Positions 51,914-64,000 of a stretch of 64,000 nt of DNA are shown in pieces. A program made the translations under genes and the position numbers. The first letter of the stretch is position 1. Each line of letters opens with the position of its first letter. The DNA is taken from the NCBI GenBank assembly GCA_051362555.1, contig CM120642.1, forward strand, positions 26,722,001 through 26,786,000, read 5' to 3'. The notes under the pieces are model-generated. The model did not search any database and was not told where the DNA came from. It saw nothing but the letters and a program-made list of their open reading frames with translations. The stretch is from Lingula anatina (lineage: Eukaryota; Animalia; Brachiopoda).

Positions 51914-54900
51914 TTACAGAAGTCTCCCACTCTCCATCCAGTCCTGGGGGAAGAATGTGGTGATGACTGTTCTTCCGGAGAAAGTTCTTCCACACAGTGA
52001 GGAGAATGCCACCTCACAATCCCTGCACTGACTGAACTCAACATACACCTGGAAAAAAAACAGGTTAAATATAACAAATTGAAAATAATAACAGGAAATG
52101 GAAATTTTATAAATTATCAAACTGAAATAGCATGTGATTACACACGGGACAAAGGGAAAATTGCAGTTCCTTTCATTTTGCACTCAGTGACTTGATAAGG
52201 GCATAAACCGATGCAATTTTAAATATGGGTTATTTTATAATTGAGAGATACTCTTGGAAATCTGTACCAGAAGTAATTTGCACAGAGTTTTTTTGAAGGG
52301 GGAAATGTGATTTATTAATCGCCATTCATGACCTTATTTAAACTTGTAGGTCATTGACTTTTTAATGTCAAAACAACAACAGTCACCCTGAGCTTCAGAG
52401 ATAGCTTGAAACAAACCTCTACACTATAGCATACCCTGGCCAGATTCTTTGGGCCCGGCTGCCCCTCACTCAAATTTAAAGCTCGTCCCAGTGAATCACT
52501 TAATGGTCTAACCAGTAAATAGGAATGAGTCAAAGCACAGTTTGTTCAAATCCAGACCTGGACCAATCAAAGATTACAGAGATTTATTGTGCTGTGCCAA
52601 TAAAAAACCTAGGAGTTGCTCTAGTGTCACTGGGCATATTCCTAGACTTTACTCAACCTTTGGTGAAAAAACTTGAAAACATGAATTCGACTGGCTTAAC
52701 AAACTAGGTCAAAATGAATCTGGTCACATGTAACTTGAAACGACAAGGGTATGCTATAGTGTACAGGTTTGTTTCAAGTTACCACCGAAGCACAGGGTGG
52801 CAACAGTAACCTCACAGGGTAATTCATGTTTGCAGGTTAGGTGACTGCTGGGGGTACTTTGTTACTGACGGCATACTATGGCATATGACCTGACAAAAAT
52901 GCCAGGTATCTCTCGCCCTCTTTAGCTCATTGAAGTTCACATAGAAATAATGCTGGTGTTTTATAATCAGTACAGAATAGTTGTCTTTTTGAGCTACTTT
53001 TGAGACCTTTAAAACAAATGTCATGTAAGTAGGTTCATAAAACCTGCGGTGCACACTTCATGTAATTTGTTATTTATAAGATGGAAGACATGAGTGATCC
53101 TGAACTCCTCCTCAAGAGGTCCTGCCGAATTCTTACCCTGAGCCTTTAAACTAATAACTGATTAAGTGGCAAAGTAAAACAACTTTTAGTTGTGATCGAA
53201 GCAGCCTAGGGTGATACACATTTAGCTTTTCTCATGTTTTTAAGCAAACAGTGAAGAATATGATGTGGTAGAATGACGAGGTCCATATAATTGTATTAAA
53301 AGTTTTAACTTAGACAGCATTCATAACATCTCAGAAAATAAAAATTTACTTAGATATTATGAATACTGTCTAACCAAAATCAAAGAAATGTTTTTTTCCA
53401 TTTCCTTTCCTTAATGTTTTCATCCATGAGTAGATAAAAAACCTCAATACATAATGATATGCCCTTAAATAATTCCTAAAAGCAGTTGCCCACCTTTCCT
53501 CTTCCTGGTCCCTCCTTTGGTATCACACATTTCACTACATGCCCATACTTCCCACACTCACTAAGCACATCAGTCTGGATATCTGAAACAGCAGACATAA
53601 TGTTTTCAATTGTGCCAAAAGGCTTCTCTACCACAATTTTCACATTGTAAAGGAAATCATCCAAGGGCTTGTTCCCAATGAAACTTAAGTTCTGTCTAGT
53701 GGGGGCTCTTGCTAAATGCAGTCAGATTAACAAACTAACACACCACCTCCTGGAATGAAGTAGAATTCAGGCCAGTGATTTTTTGGGCTGGCAAAAAGTT
53801 AGAAATCTAAGTACTAAGTAGTTGTAAAAATCCCATCCCTGATTACCCAGCTTGTACACTGTAAATACTGTGATAATTTGCTTTGTATGAGCAAGGTACC
53901 TTTATATTGCTCCTCATCTCTATCTTCATCTTCATTTTCAACTTCATCAAGAACATTGAGGAGTCTGAGAACACATGTGGGTAACAGCAGTAAATCATGA
54001 TAGGTGGGAGCTGAAGAAGAAACCAATGGGATAAAGATTTTTATTTGTGTACATCTAGACTGAAAACATCTACTAAAACAACACCATGTCTTCATTTTGT
54101 CAATGAGCATGAAGCATAATGCATCATTTATAAAAGAGCGAGGTCTAGCTTTCAGGCAATTGTAAAATAAGCACAAAATATTAGAAATTCTCATGCTATA
54201 ATATCAAGTTATCCAGTCAACCACCTCTAACGTGATAGCTGAAAAAAAAAACTACAGAAAAAGCCTAAAAATGAAAGAAGCTCACATAGTAACCTTACAT
54301 ATTAAATATGTGGAAAGAAATTAAGTGCCCATATGGGTAAGGGGGGGGCAAATTTATTGAAATCAAATTACCTATTGAGTACTCCAGGAAGTGATCTTGA
54401 GGTAAATTAGCACATTCTGCTTTAGCTCTGTTCTTTGGAAGACATGTTACTAAGCTGCAAAAAATAAGAGGATCAGCATGGTTTAACCCATTAAAGTTAA
54501 AATCTAGTCAGATATTTAACTTGTTTGAGATGAATATAGCACAGCTTATCAACTTTAAAAATCTATAATTTTTCTCCTGACTTCATTAACTCAGATACGC
54601 TCTTTAATACACAACTATGCAAAATACAAATTTATTTTATAACAAAGTCGCCAAATGAGTTTTCTTGGTAAATCATTATACCTGCAAATCATGTTACTAA
54701 AAGCTTTAAACACTTTTTCATCTGAGTGTTCTTCGGTTTTGGATGAGGTTATTGTTTGGCAAGCTCTTGCATAGTATCTACACTGAGTATATTTTGGGGC
54801 TGTACTCTGCAAGAAGATAAGGCTTTGGGTCAATGTACAGAAATATTCTCTGCTAATTGTTACATTTCATCATAATGTTTAAATTTGTCCTTTTTTTTTT

Positions 54901-54934
54901 TTTGGAAACATTTTTTTCAAAATGAGACATTTTA

Positions 54935-54990
<56 letters not shown>

Positions 54991-57900
54991 ACTGTTAAAC
55001 AAAATGAGTCTTTCAACATTAAATGTAAATAATAAGAAAAGAAATATTTCAAAAGATGTGTTGCTTTTCTTTGTTCAAGTTCATGAAAGCTACCTAAACA
55101 TAATTTTTAATAACAATAAAGCCAGTCAAACCTTGCAACTTTCACAAACTGCCACAGTGTCCCCTTTCTTCAAGAACTTTTCTCCAGTGAACGCTTCCAG
55201 CATTACACAGCCCACACTCCACATATCTGCCTCACAGCCTGGTGCTGACACCTGGTGTCTGTTTTCCTCAGCAGTTTCATTCCAGAGAGTGCTCTCTGGT
55301 GCCCGATAACCAGAGGTCTGAATCTGCCCTACATCCTGAAAGAGAACATTTTTCCTAATAAATTGATTTATTTGTATGCAAATATTATTTGTCAAGCAAA
55401 TGTAGAATATTTAAAGATAAAACCTGAGAAAAATTCTTGGTCTATGGAGGTAGTTGGAGTAGACTGGTTACATATAGTAAACCACATGATTAGCCAGACC
55501 CTAATGGCACTAGTCACATACATTAATATTATTTATTAGAAGCATTCTTCCCAATATTATTCAAAAGCAATAAAAATTAGAAAGTCACGCATATGTCCTT
55601 TATCACATAAAGTCCACTAAAAAAAAAGTTGAGTCTCTAAAGACACAATTTTCTTTTTTTTATCAAAACAAAAGATCACTCACTTTATCCTCAGTGTGGA
55701 AGCTGAGACCAAGATCTATTAGCTTCCAACAGCCACTCTGACCACTCCATAAGATATTGGTGGGCTTTACATCCCCACGGACAAAACCAAGACTGTGCAG
55801 ACACCACAGACCTCTGGATAGAAATTAACAGAAAGATCAAGCTGTGAAATGTTAGTGAAAAAATAATAAATAAATAAAACAGGAAGACACTGAAAACCTA
55901 CAAAATTTTAATGTTTTATGTTAAAACATAAATTACATTTTGCCACATTTAACGTGCTGCCACCTATTGTTCATACCTGAGAACTTACTGGTAAATATCC
56001 CTGGCAAGTCTCTGTATGTGATATAGCGACAGCCTCCCACTGCTCTTCAGGAGCAACTGTCTGATGTCTAAGTCCAACTGTTCCTGAACTAAACAGTGCT
56101 GGTTATTGTCAAGGATGCAGTAGTCTAACACGTTCACTGCAAAAAGATGTTTGTAAAACATCAGTAAGTATTATGATATATATTAAGATATAAGAAATGT
56201 ACTGTATATACCGGTAGTTATAGGCCAATCTTAAGTCTGGAATAAAAATATGAAGATATTGCTGGAATGGTTCATTTAACATTATCAAAAACAGATATCA
56301 TGTTAATTCAATGTGAAATTCACAGTCAAGTACAGCTTACAACATCAAACAACACCTTTTTAGTCTTTTATCAAATATGAGTATAATAATAACACTCTTT
56401 CTAACCTACTCTGAGCTTCAGACCTGATCTGTGTCTCTTCACTTCTAACTCACCATATCAGTTAGCAGGCCCGTAGCCAGCAATTTCAAAAGGGGGGTTC
56501 GTTTTCTGAAAATGTGGACCTTTTCCCATGAAAAATGCATGTACCTAGATCAAATTTTACCCAGCGTGGACCTTTTCCAAGCAAAAGGGGCGGTTCTCTC
56601 GAACCCCCCGAACCCCCCTTGGCTATGGGCCTGGTTAGGTTCCTATTTTACTATCAATAAGGTACAACAAGCAGGGATGTATAAATTGAGAAAGTGAAGA
56701 TGCTGACTGTGTTGTCTCTGAAGTTGGGATAAACTAACCAACTTTACCTATGTGTTGATTGCTTGGGTGTTTTGTGTGGAGAATATCCAGGAGAATTCTC
56801 TCTCTGTCACAGGCAAACACGTATCTGGAATCTGCTCTATATACTTTGATACACACCTGAAATATCAATTTCATTGAATTCTAAATCTTATATGTAATCT
56901 TACATTAATAAATATAAGGTTAAAATTAATGATTGATTAATTTATGACATTTGAGAAGTGACAGTACATGTACAGTTTGTATGTACCCAGTATAAACCAT
57001 TATTTAAAATGACTTTTTTAATATTAATGACTGACAAGTAAAATTTTAACAAAAATGTTTAAAAACTGAATTCAACCATTTTTCATCAAAATTATCTTGA
57101 GATCCAAAATTAATTTTTTTCTTAGCCAGCTACTAGGTACAGGTATTATACTTAAGAAATATTGTTTAAGCAATAAACAGCTAATATAATGCAAAAGTCA
57201 ATTCATTACCTCACCAAAGCCCACTGCTTCCACAGCTCTATAAACAGAACAGCAGCTGCCTTCACCTATTTTGTTCTTGACATGCCATACACGTCCCTCT
57301 GTCCCTTGGACGGCATGGTTTTCCATCTGAGCCCTGCAAGGTGATACAAGTAACAAGACATATAATTGATGAAGAGGAAATAATAGCTATATTATCAGTT
57401 AGTTAAACTGCTTCGTTTTGCATAGTGTTACACACACGATTAGTATTTTAGCAGTGTTATGCATTGCTGTACAAGCATTAACAGTTAATTTCAATTTATA
57501 GAAGTAGTTACAGAAACTTTCAATGCATCCTAGTAGTGTACTGACTATCTGGTGTACTTATGAACTTTTAACCAATATGAACAGAGCAAGTTGTTGTGAT
57601 AAGAAGCCATTGTTTGCAATAAACCTGCAACATATCCGAATCCAAGTCAAATTTAAAAAATGTGGACTTTAAGCTCACGATGTTAAGTTATGCCTTGGTT
57701 ACCAAGCACATCATAAGTTTTGTAATTATGATTGTTTCAAAAAAGCACTCACCATCGGTAAAATGAGGGGCTAATCTTTTTTAAAGAGAGATTGGAAAAT
57801 ATAGCACCTGTTCAAATGCGTTAGTTGTGACAGATGAGATATCAATTGCTCTCTAAACTACCGCAATTTGCTGCAGTGTTTTTTTTTTTTTTTTCAAATT

Positions 57901-58469
57901 TTCTTCTTAATCTAACATCCTTTGTAAATGCGACTGTTTACAACTCTTTATACGAGGGTAACTTATTCGTAATATCATGAAGTAATTACAAGGACATATA
58001 GAAATTCTATTTAAAGCTCTCTTTATTCATAACACAGATTGTGTTTAATTGGCAGTTAATTGACAAGGGAATCAAATTTTATACGCGTAAAACAAATTCA
58101 ATTAAGTCACAAAACAACCATATATACTGTTATCAAATAAGATACATCAGCTATGCGCATGAATATTCACAAATAATTACATCAATATACTTTTTTATTA
58201 ATAAAAAAGAACAAATGAATTCAGTTTCATTAAAACACGTCTCAAAATTATCATGCCTATTTCCAGTGACATAAGTTTCAGTATAGCAACTCTATACAAC
58301 CTGAGTTTCAGAAAAGGTGTTCTAACGATGACTGTGAATTTACTCTCATCAATTTTGTAACTGTATAACTGCAATAAGACTTATCAATTATTTTGGTGTA
58401 ACACGTATCCGCCGGGGCAACACTTTTGCCATGTCTACTTTCTTCTTTTTTTTTTTTTTAGCATGTTAC

Positions 58470-58532
<63 letters not shown>

Positions 58533-59065
58533 GGGAGAAAATGTCACCTTTACCGATGTCTGGTAAATTTTACTAATATACATTTGACGTGGATTTCTGT
58601 GACATGCACCCTTTTCTCATTCTCAATAAAGAAACAGCACAGTCAGATACATAAACCAGGGGCGGATCCAGAGATATTTTCTGACAGTCTTCCAAATTAT
58701 CTTTGTTGATCCATCCTCTATTTTTGACCGTCTTCTGGCAGAAAAAAATGGATACCCATCAATGTAAGCTTGAAAATCTGACCGTCTTCCAGAAGGCCCA
58801 GAAGACAGCCTCAATCCGCCCCTGTAAACACACCCAGTCAACGTGTAAATATAAAGACCCCGACGTGATTTACAATAAGCCCGTATGTATCATATACTAG
58901 CCTTTCAAACTGAAGCAACCACTCAAAATTCTTTTGAATTTCGTTAACCACAGCCAGATGTCAGCACGGTGCTCCCCGGCCGCAGCAGCAGGTGCCTGCT
59001 GTGTGTTTTGAATAAAAACTTCGACGGGTCTACGTACGCGCGAAACCCTTACAGTAGTTTTCCAT
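51914..59065 (-). CDS. UHMK1: Serine/threonine kinase Kist / U2AF homology motif kinase 1 (kinase domain + C-terminal UHM)
   Basis: Exons on -: 59065-59053 and 57807-57753 (both tentative), 57333-57210 (internal ATG 57326), 56856-56748, 56136-55989, 55813-55684, 55335-55132, 54806-54682, 54454-54372, 54010-53900, 53582-53494, 52048-51914; in frame (441 aa, or 416 aa from 57326). Motifs GRVWHVKNKIGEGSCCSVYR, VCIK, DVKPTNILWS, KLIDLGLSF, IQTSGYRAPE, DMWSVG, LPTCVLRLLNVLD, ECGKYG..V....IPKEGPGRGKVYVEF and UHM RxF (GRTFSGR) match the KIS family. Confidence 0.93.
52382..52801. mobile_element. Foldback/MITE-like element with ~56-bp imperfect TIRs
   Basis: tagcttgaaacaaacctctacactatagcataccct (52402-52437) versus agggtatgctatagtgtacaggtttgtttcaagtta (52746-52781), 2 mismatches; arms extend to 52382/52801; AACA on both flanks. 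Confidence 0.7.
54938..54985. repeat. (GT)n microsatellite
   Basis: Perfect TG run in UHMK1 intron. Confidence 0.95.
56466..56633. mobile_element. 168-bp MITE with 5-bp TSD
   Basis: TIR CAGGCCCGTAGCCA / TGGCTATGGGCCTG; GTTAG duplicated at 56461-56465 and 56634-56638. Confidence 0.85.
58475..58526. repeat. (AG)n microsatellite
   Basis: Perfect AG run. Confidence 0.95.
58657..58824. mobile_element. 168-bp MITE with 5-bp TSD
   Basis: TIR CAGGGGCGGAT / ATCCGCCCCTG; TAAAC duplicated at 58652-58656 and 58825-58829; internal direct repeat TGACCGTCTTC. Confidence 0.85.
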
Positions 59066-59384
59066 CTCTTTTCGAGTCAAATATAGTAAACAGAGTAACT
59101 GAAAGTCACTCAAAATAAATTTCTGTCCCAAGAAAATTGTCTGTTTTAAAACTTGAGCTTGTTAAGCGCCTTTGGTGACCTAGAGAATTTCATTCATTGA
59201 GACGAGCAATATAACAACAAGTTGGCTTCCGCGTTAAAACCACAAGGAAATAGTGCGAGTATAACTTTCAAAGTAATCGTTTCTTAAGTATTTCGTCTAT
59301 ATACTCGCACATAAACGGAGGAAATATATAAAACTATCAAAAACAGAAAAGTTTTAACGAAGTATATGTTGTTAAATTAACTTC

Positions 59385-59482
59385 GATAGCGCGCCGCTCC
59401 AATATTTAATTGGACGCGGAGTGATATGAGCACTCTGCTGGGCAAGATAAACTTTTTGTTCACAAGTAAAGGGGACGTCATC
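59385..59482. promoter_or_regulatory. Candidate bidirectional promoter between UHMK1 and a divergent gene
   Basis: CpG-richer patch with CCAAT (59399) and ATTGG (59408) in mirror arrangement plus CRE-like GACGTCA (~59474), lying between two divergent first exons. Confidence 0.55.
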
Positions 59483-59594
59483 GTGGAAGAAGCGAACAGG
59501 GACTCCACTTTCCCAACTCAGGATTTGGATAATTTGTCGGATATTACCAGAACCGATGCATGGAGTACGACTTGTATAGGAGTTTAACTTCGTG

Positions 59595-59670
59595 ATGCAG
59601 CCCCTAGTCTTTTGGATCTGTACCTTTTTTGTGCTACTAAGAACGACAGAAACAGAGGGGTCATCACCAG
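59595..59670 (+). CDS. First coding exon (signal peptide) of an unidentified secreted or membrane protein; the rest is presumably beyond the window
   Basis: MQPLVFWICTFFVLLRTTETEGSSP followed by a strong phase-1 donor CAG|GTAGGT; no convincing downstream coding exon seen before 64000. Confidence 0.5.
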
Positions 59671-62600
59671 GTAGGTGGCTGCGTGAGGGACAGTGAGTGG
59701 CTCCATACATATTGATCGGTCTCGAGATTTGAGGACCTTCTCTGCTCTGATTTAAACGTTTTATCAAATATTGAGAGGTCAGAGGGACGTGTATAACTGT
59801 ACTGAGTTTTGGGCAGCATGTTTCGTTATAAGAAGTGGTTGTATGGATTTATAGAACAGTGGTCGAATCGGTTAGTGCTTGACCTAGGCTAAATCGTAGG
59901 TTTAATTTATTACACCCCTACCCTTAATCTGGAAGAGCAGATGTTCGCCAAACAAAGAGGACTCGTAACACCCCCAATTAAGTATAACGGACGATGTTTA
60001 TTGAGTCGCTAAGGTTTCCATTCGAAAATAAGTTTATAATTCAGAAAATGCCCAAAAGTTAAATTTGGAGAAGTTGTGAACAGTGGTTTTGGTATGCTTG
60101 TAGGCTGAAACAGTGAAAGCATTTAGGGCAAGTGCATGTTTCAACTGGTGAATGTGGGAGTCATCATTTTCCTTTAACATCTGTCTCATTAACAATTAAA
60201 AGAATTCACATTTGGAATGTTGTTTTTTAAACTAAGTTAGGAAGTCACAGACTTCAAGTTTTTTTATGTTTTTTTGTAACAATCTACACCATTGAGAAAT
60301 GTTTGCAGTCAGGTTTGATATGTACAAATGTTAATTTCACTTAATCATTTCATTGTTGATGTGAAATAAGTGATTTAAGAATTCCTAGTGTCATTTTATT
60401 TCAATTAAATAAAAAAAATGAAGAATGATTGCATGTGATCAGATTTATTGGGAAAGCTGTGATTTAATTTGGAATAATCAAATCAAGGCAAATGATAATA
60501 AATAATACATTAACTAAAGACAGGAAACATAAAAAAATCCAATCCTTTATATTTTATAACTTTTCTTTCACATATAATCTAACAAAGTACAATGCAATCG
60601 GACAGATTTATATGTTTAGTTAAAATCTTATTTCATCTCTACCAAATCATAGTGGAAAGATGATAGTAAATAGTTTACATAAGTAAGCCCCTATGCCATA
60701 TCACTTGATCTGATTTGAACTGAGAGCCAGCAGATGCTCTGGTTTAACTGCCAATGTAATTGATTCTGATGAGCAGCTGTTAATTTTCCCACGAGTAAGA
60801 AACCTAACTTGTTGACTATTTGTGATGTGTGTAAAGGGCATAATTCATTAATTGCTATTATCTGTAATCAAAATAAATTTACAGTGTATCTGATGAGAGA
60901 AAATATTTAAAGTGCAATGAGATTTATTTGTAACAGATTAAATTTGGATGTAACGGTTGAAATATTAATCATAACAGAATGATGGCAAATTAACATGAAA
61001 TGTGTTTTTTAAGCATTAAGTAGAGTTATCACAAATGTACTTAAACAAAGTAATTAGAAACTACATAGCTGTCTTTTATTCACCTCAAATTGCATGTTAC
61101 ACAAAGGCACATTAATAAGTCTTTGTTTGAACTTCACTTGTTTTATTGTCTTTGTGGCATGAAGATAGAATTACAGCAGAGAGCTATTTATTTACTAGTT
61201 TTCTGCGGTGTCCCAGATTTGAGAAGCTCCATTGAAATACATACTTGGTCATGTGGGTTCGGATTGGAACCAAGCTGCAAAATCCTAACACCAACTAGGC
61301 CAACATCCTCGGGCCATGTGCTGATAATTTTCCATTTCCGTATATATGCATTACACACTGGGAGCAAATTTCAGACAGTTAAAAGACTTCAGAGTCTAAA
61401 ATTCAATATTTTCAACAAACCTGTTCTGTATTAGGTTTGAATTGGGCACGGGGCTTAGAGTGCTACGTTACTTTGTATGCAGCTTGCTGGGATGTGTGTT
61501 CAGTCCAAGAATAGACTAAATTTTGATCTCAATCAGAGGACTTTCCCACACCAAGATGCTATCTTAAGGCATCAAACATACTTTTACATGGAAACTAAAT
61601 GACATTAGGTTCCCAGAGTCTAAGAGATAATCTAATTGCCAGTGCCAATAATCCAGGTAAATTAAAAGCGTTTTCAAATTGGAGAAACTGTAAATTGATA
61701 ACTGAACTTGAAGCAATATGCAAAGGATGTTTTAGAACTTCTTGTTTATGCAATGAAATCGCAGTATTTAGACATCGTATTCAGTTCTGCATATCAATTC
61801 TGAGAATCAAGAAGCATCATGAAATATAAAGCTGTGATTTTGAGAAATGTGGCATTAAATCAAATCTTCTTTCCAATTAGGCTAATGAATGAAAGTGTAA
61901 GGTGAACTAGGCCTTAATAAATGTGGGCTGATTACTCAGCTTTGGTTAAAAAAAAACCTAATTGTCAATAAATATAAAATGTGGCTTAAGCTCCTTTATT
62001 TAACTATATGCTGCATCAGTTTGTTGAAATATTTAGTCAACATAATATGTGGATCTTCAGCTTAACCTGAATTTGAAAGATTGTGTTATAGTTTAACATT
62101 TGTGCATTTTTCTATACAAAAGAAGACCAATCTCAGTAGTTGTATAGAAATATTATAACCTAGATATTGTCCCATAATTGTATATAATGGTTCCTCGTGG
62201 AACAAAATGGTGCCCTTCTCGTTTTGCCAACAATTTTCACAATTTTAGTTTTCCATTTTTAACCTTTGAGTAGGGCAGACCATGTAATTGCACAAGACAC
62301 TATACTATAATGTCTCTTGTATAGAATTGTCAATCTGCTATGTACAAAGTTTGTAACTTGCATGAAATTGCTTGGTAATGGTGAAAGAATTGGCATACCA
62401 TCACAACTAGACGGATTTATAATGTTTTTGACACAGCACAGACAAATACATGCTTTTTTATCAGACGTAACAGGCAAAGAGGAATAAAACTGTGTGTTAT
62501 AAATGTAGTGGCTGCTTGTAGTTACATCTCAAGGGAGGGAAAATGACTTGCAAATTTGAGTTCTAAAGATTTAACTGCAATAAAAAAAATCTGTTGGGAT

Positions 62601-64000
62601 TTGGGAGCAATTTTGATTGAAGTCAAGAAAATTGCTGTGGCAAAATATAAGTCAAATGGGATGTGATAGAAAAAAAAGCTTGTGTTATTCTTTACCTTGT
62701 GCTAATGTGTTGCTCTTTCGGTTTTCAATGTCAGGGGTTGCCCATTGATGTGAACTGCAGAGCTAACAAGGTGAATGCTTAGAAATCTCGGGAAAATTCC
62801 TACAGGTGTTTCTGGGGAAATGAAGAGGCATGTGGTCTCATCTTAAGGATTTCCATGTATTTAAGATCACAAGGAGTTAGCCAGAATTTTATTTAAAACT
62901 TGGATTGGGAATTATTTCTTTTGGCTGAAATGTAGATTTTTAAGATTTCTGGAAATTTGAGGATATATTTATTCCAAGGGTTTAAATTGGAATTCTTAAC
63001 ATTTGATAGGCACTACCTGGAAGTTAATGTTTGATCTTGTTCATTCTGGTACCTTTATTGTCAGCCCCAGCTGATACATAGACTGAAAAAAGGATAGAAG
63101 ATGATAAAACTGTGTGTGATACATTTAAATCATTTTATCTGCAGTAAGAAATTCAGACAAGGGCACTCATTGTCTGAACTTTTGGTTCATTGATAAACAG
63201 ATGTATATCTTAAACTTTGCTTGTAATTGACTAAACAACTACCTTAAACTTTGCTAGAAAGAAGCAAAAATTGATTAATTTTGTTGTAACAAAATAGGGA
63301 CTGAATAGGTTAAAACAAGTTCACAAAATGCTATATTCCACAAGAAGTTTTTCTCTGTTTTACCAGTTACTCAGCAAGAACATCCCAGTGCAGACAAATT
63401 TATTATCTGGCTAGCGGAGACAAATGAAACCTGACCAGTAGTAGTTCTAAGTGCTGCTTATCTATTGTTAAACCCTTTTAATTTCCATGTCTGGCCTGCA
63501 GAAGAGTCAGGCCTCCCGGGTAAAACATGTTAGATATGAAATGACATGGAATGGAAAATCATCGGAAAAACCTGTGCCTGTTGTGATGAATTGGAAATAT
63601 TGAGAAAAAAAGGCAAGGAAATATAGCGAGCAGTTATCTCAGAGGAAGAATTACAAACACAGAAATTGTAATGCAGTGGATATTTTCATTTTTCAAAACT
63701 TCAGATTGCATCATTTACAACCGGTAATTTTGAGTAAAAAATTCTGAGCATATCAGAGCATCATTGCAAACAGTAAGATCAGACATCTGATAGCTATTCC
63801 CCTCACCTAAGAAACTTCTCAGCATGATATAAACCCTGTGTATTTGTGGTATTGTCATCAGTAAAATAAAGGTAAACCTTTCCTATACCAGCAGCAGAAT
63901 AAGCTGCCTCAGTGAACCCTTTGTTATACAGGGTGAAAGCCCTGTGAAGCCCATTACATCATTGGCAGCTCCTGTTAAGGAGGAATGTGTCTCTTGACAG

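Noticed and set aside
59372-59767. 131-aa minus-strand ORF
   Set aside because: No recognisable motifs; it overlaps the promoter and is antisense to the + strand signal exon
60000-64000. Coding exons or defined elements in the last 4 kb
   Set aside because: AT-rich and intron-like; possible MITE debris near 62520-63000 has no TIR or TSD that I could verify

Overview
Eukaryotic (animal) genomic DNA: AT-rich, with spliceosomal introns and microsatellites, probably an invertebrate bilaterian. The six-frame ORF track shows only exon fragments. Splicing by hand at GT/GC-AG boundaries with phase checks gives five genes. (1) and (2) are two tandem + strand paralogues (<265..21997 and 26272..44136) encoding secreted, collagen-free proteins built as [MIDAS-intact vWA]-[15-18 one-exon-per-domain thrombospondin type-1 repeats, TSR]-[Pro-rich microexon]-[MIDAS-dead vWA-like domain]-[short polybasic tail]. 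(3) is a 3-exon calmodulin-like EF-hand gene (46310..49833, +). (4) is UHMK1/KIS kinase (51914..59065, -), whose catalytic loop reads RGD instead of HxD and whose DFG reads DLG. (5) is a divergent signal-peptide exon (59595..59670, +) that appears to share a bidirectional promoter with UHMK1. Mobile DNA includes a decayed Tc1/mariner element with perfect 28-bp TIRs in a (TA)n tract, two 168-bp MITEs with 5-bp TSDs, a foldback MITE and a hammerhead-like inverted repeat. The best candidate for an undescribed system is the vWA-TSR-array-pseudo-vWA gene pair, with symmetric cassette exons, microexons, a GC donor and Rbfox motif clusters. Gene models are manual and have no transcript evidence.
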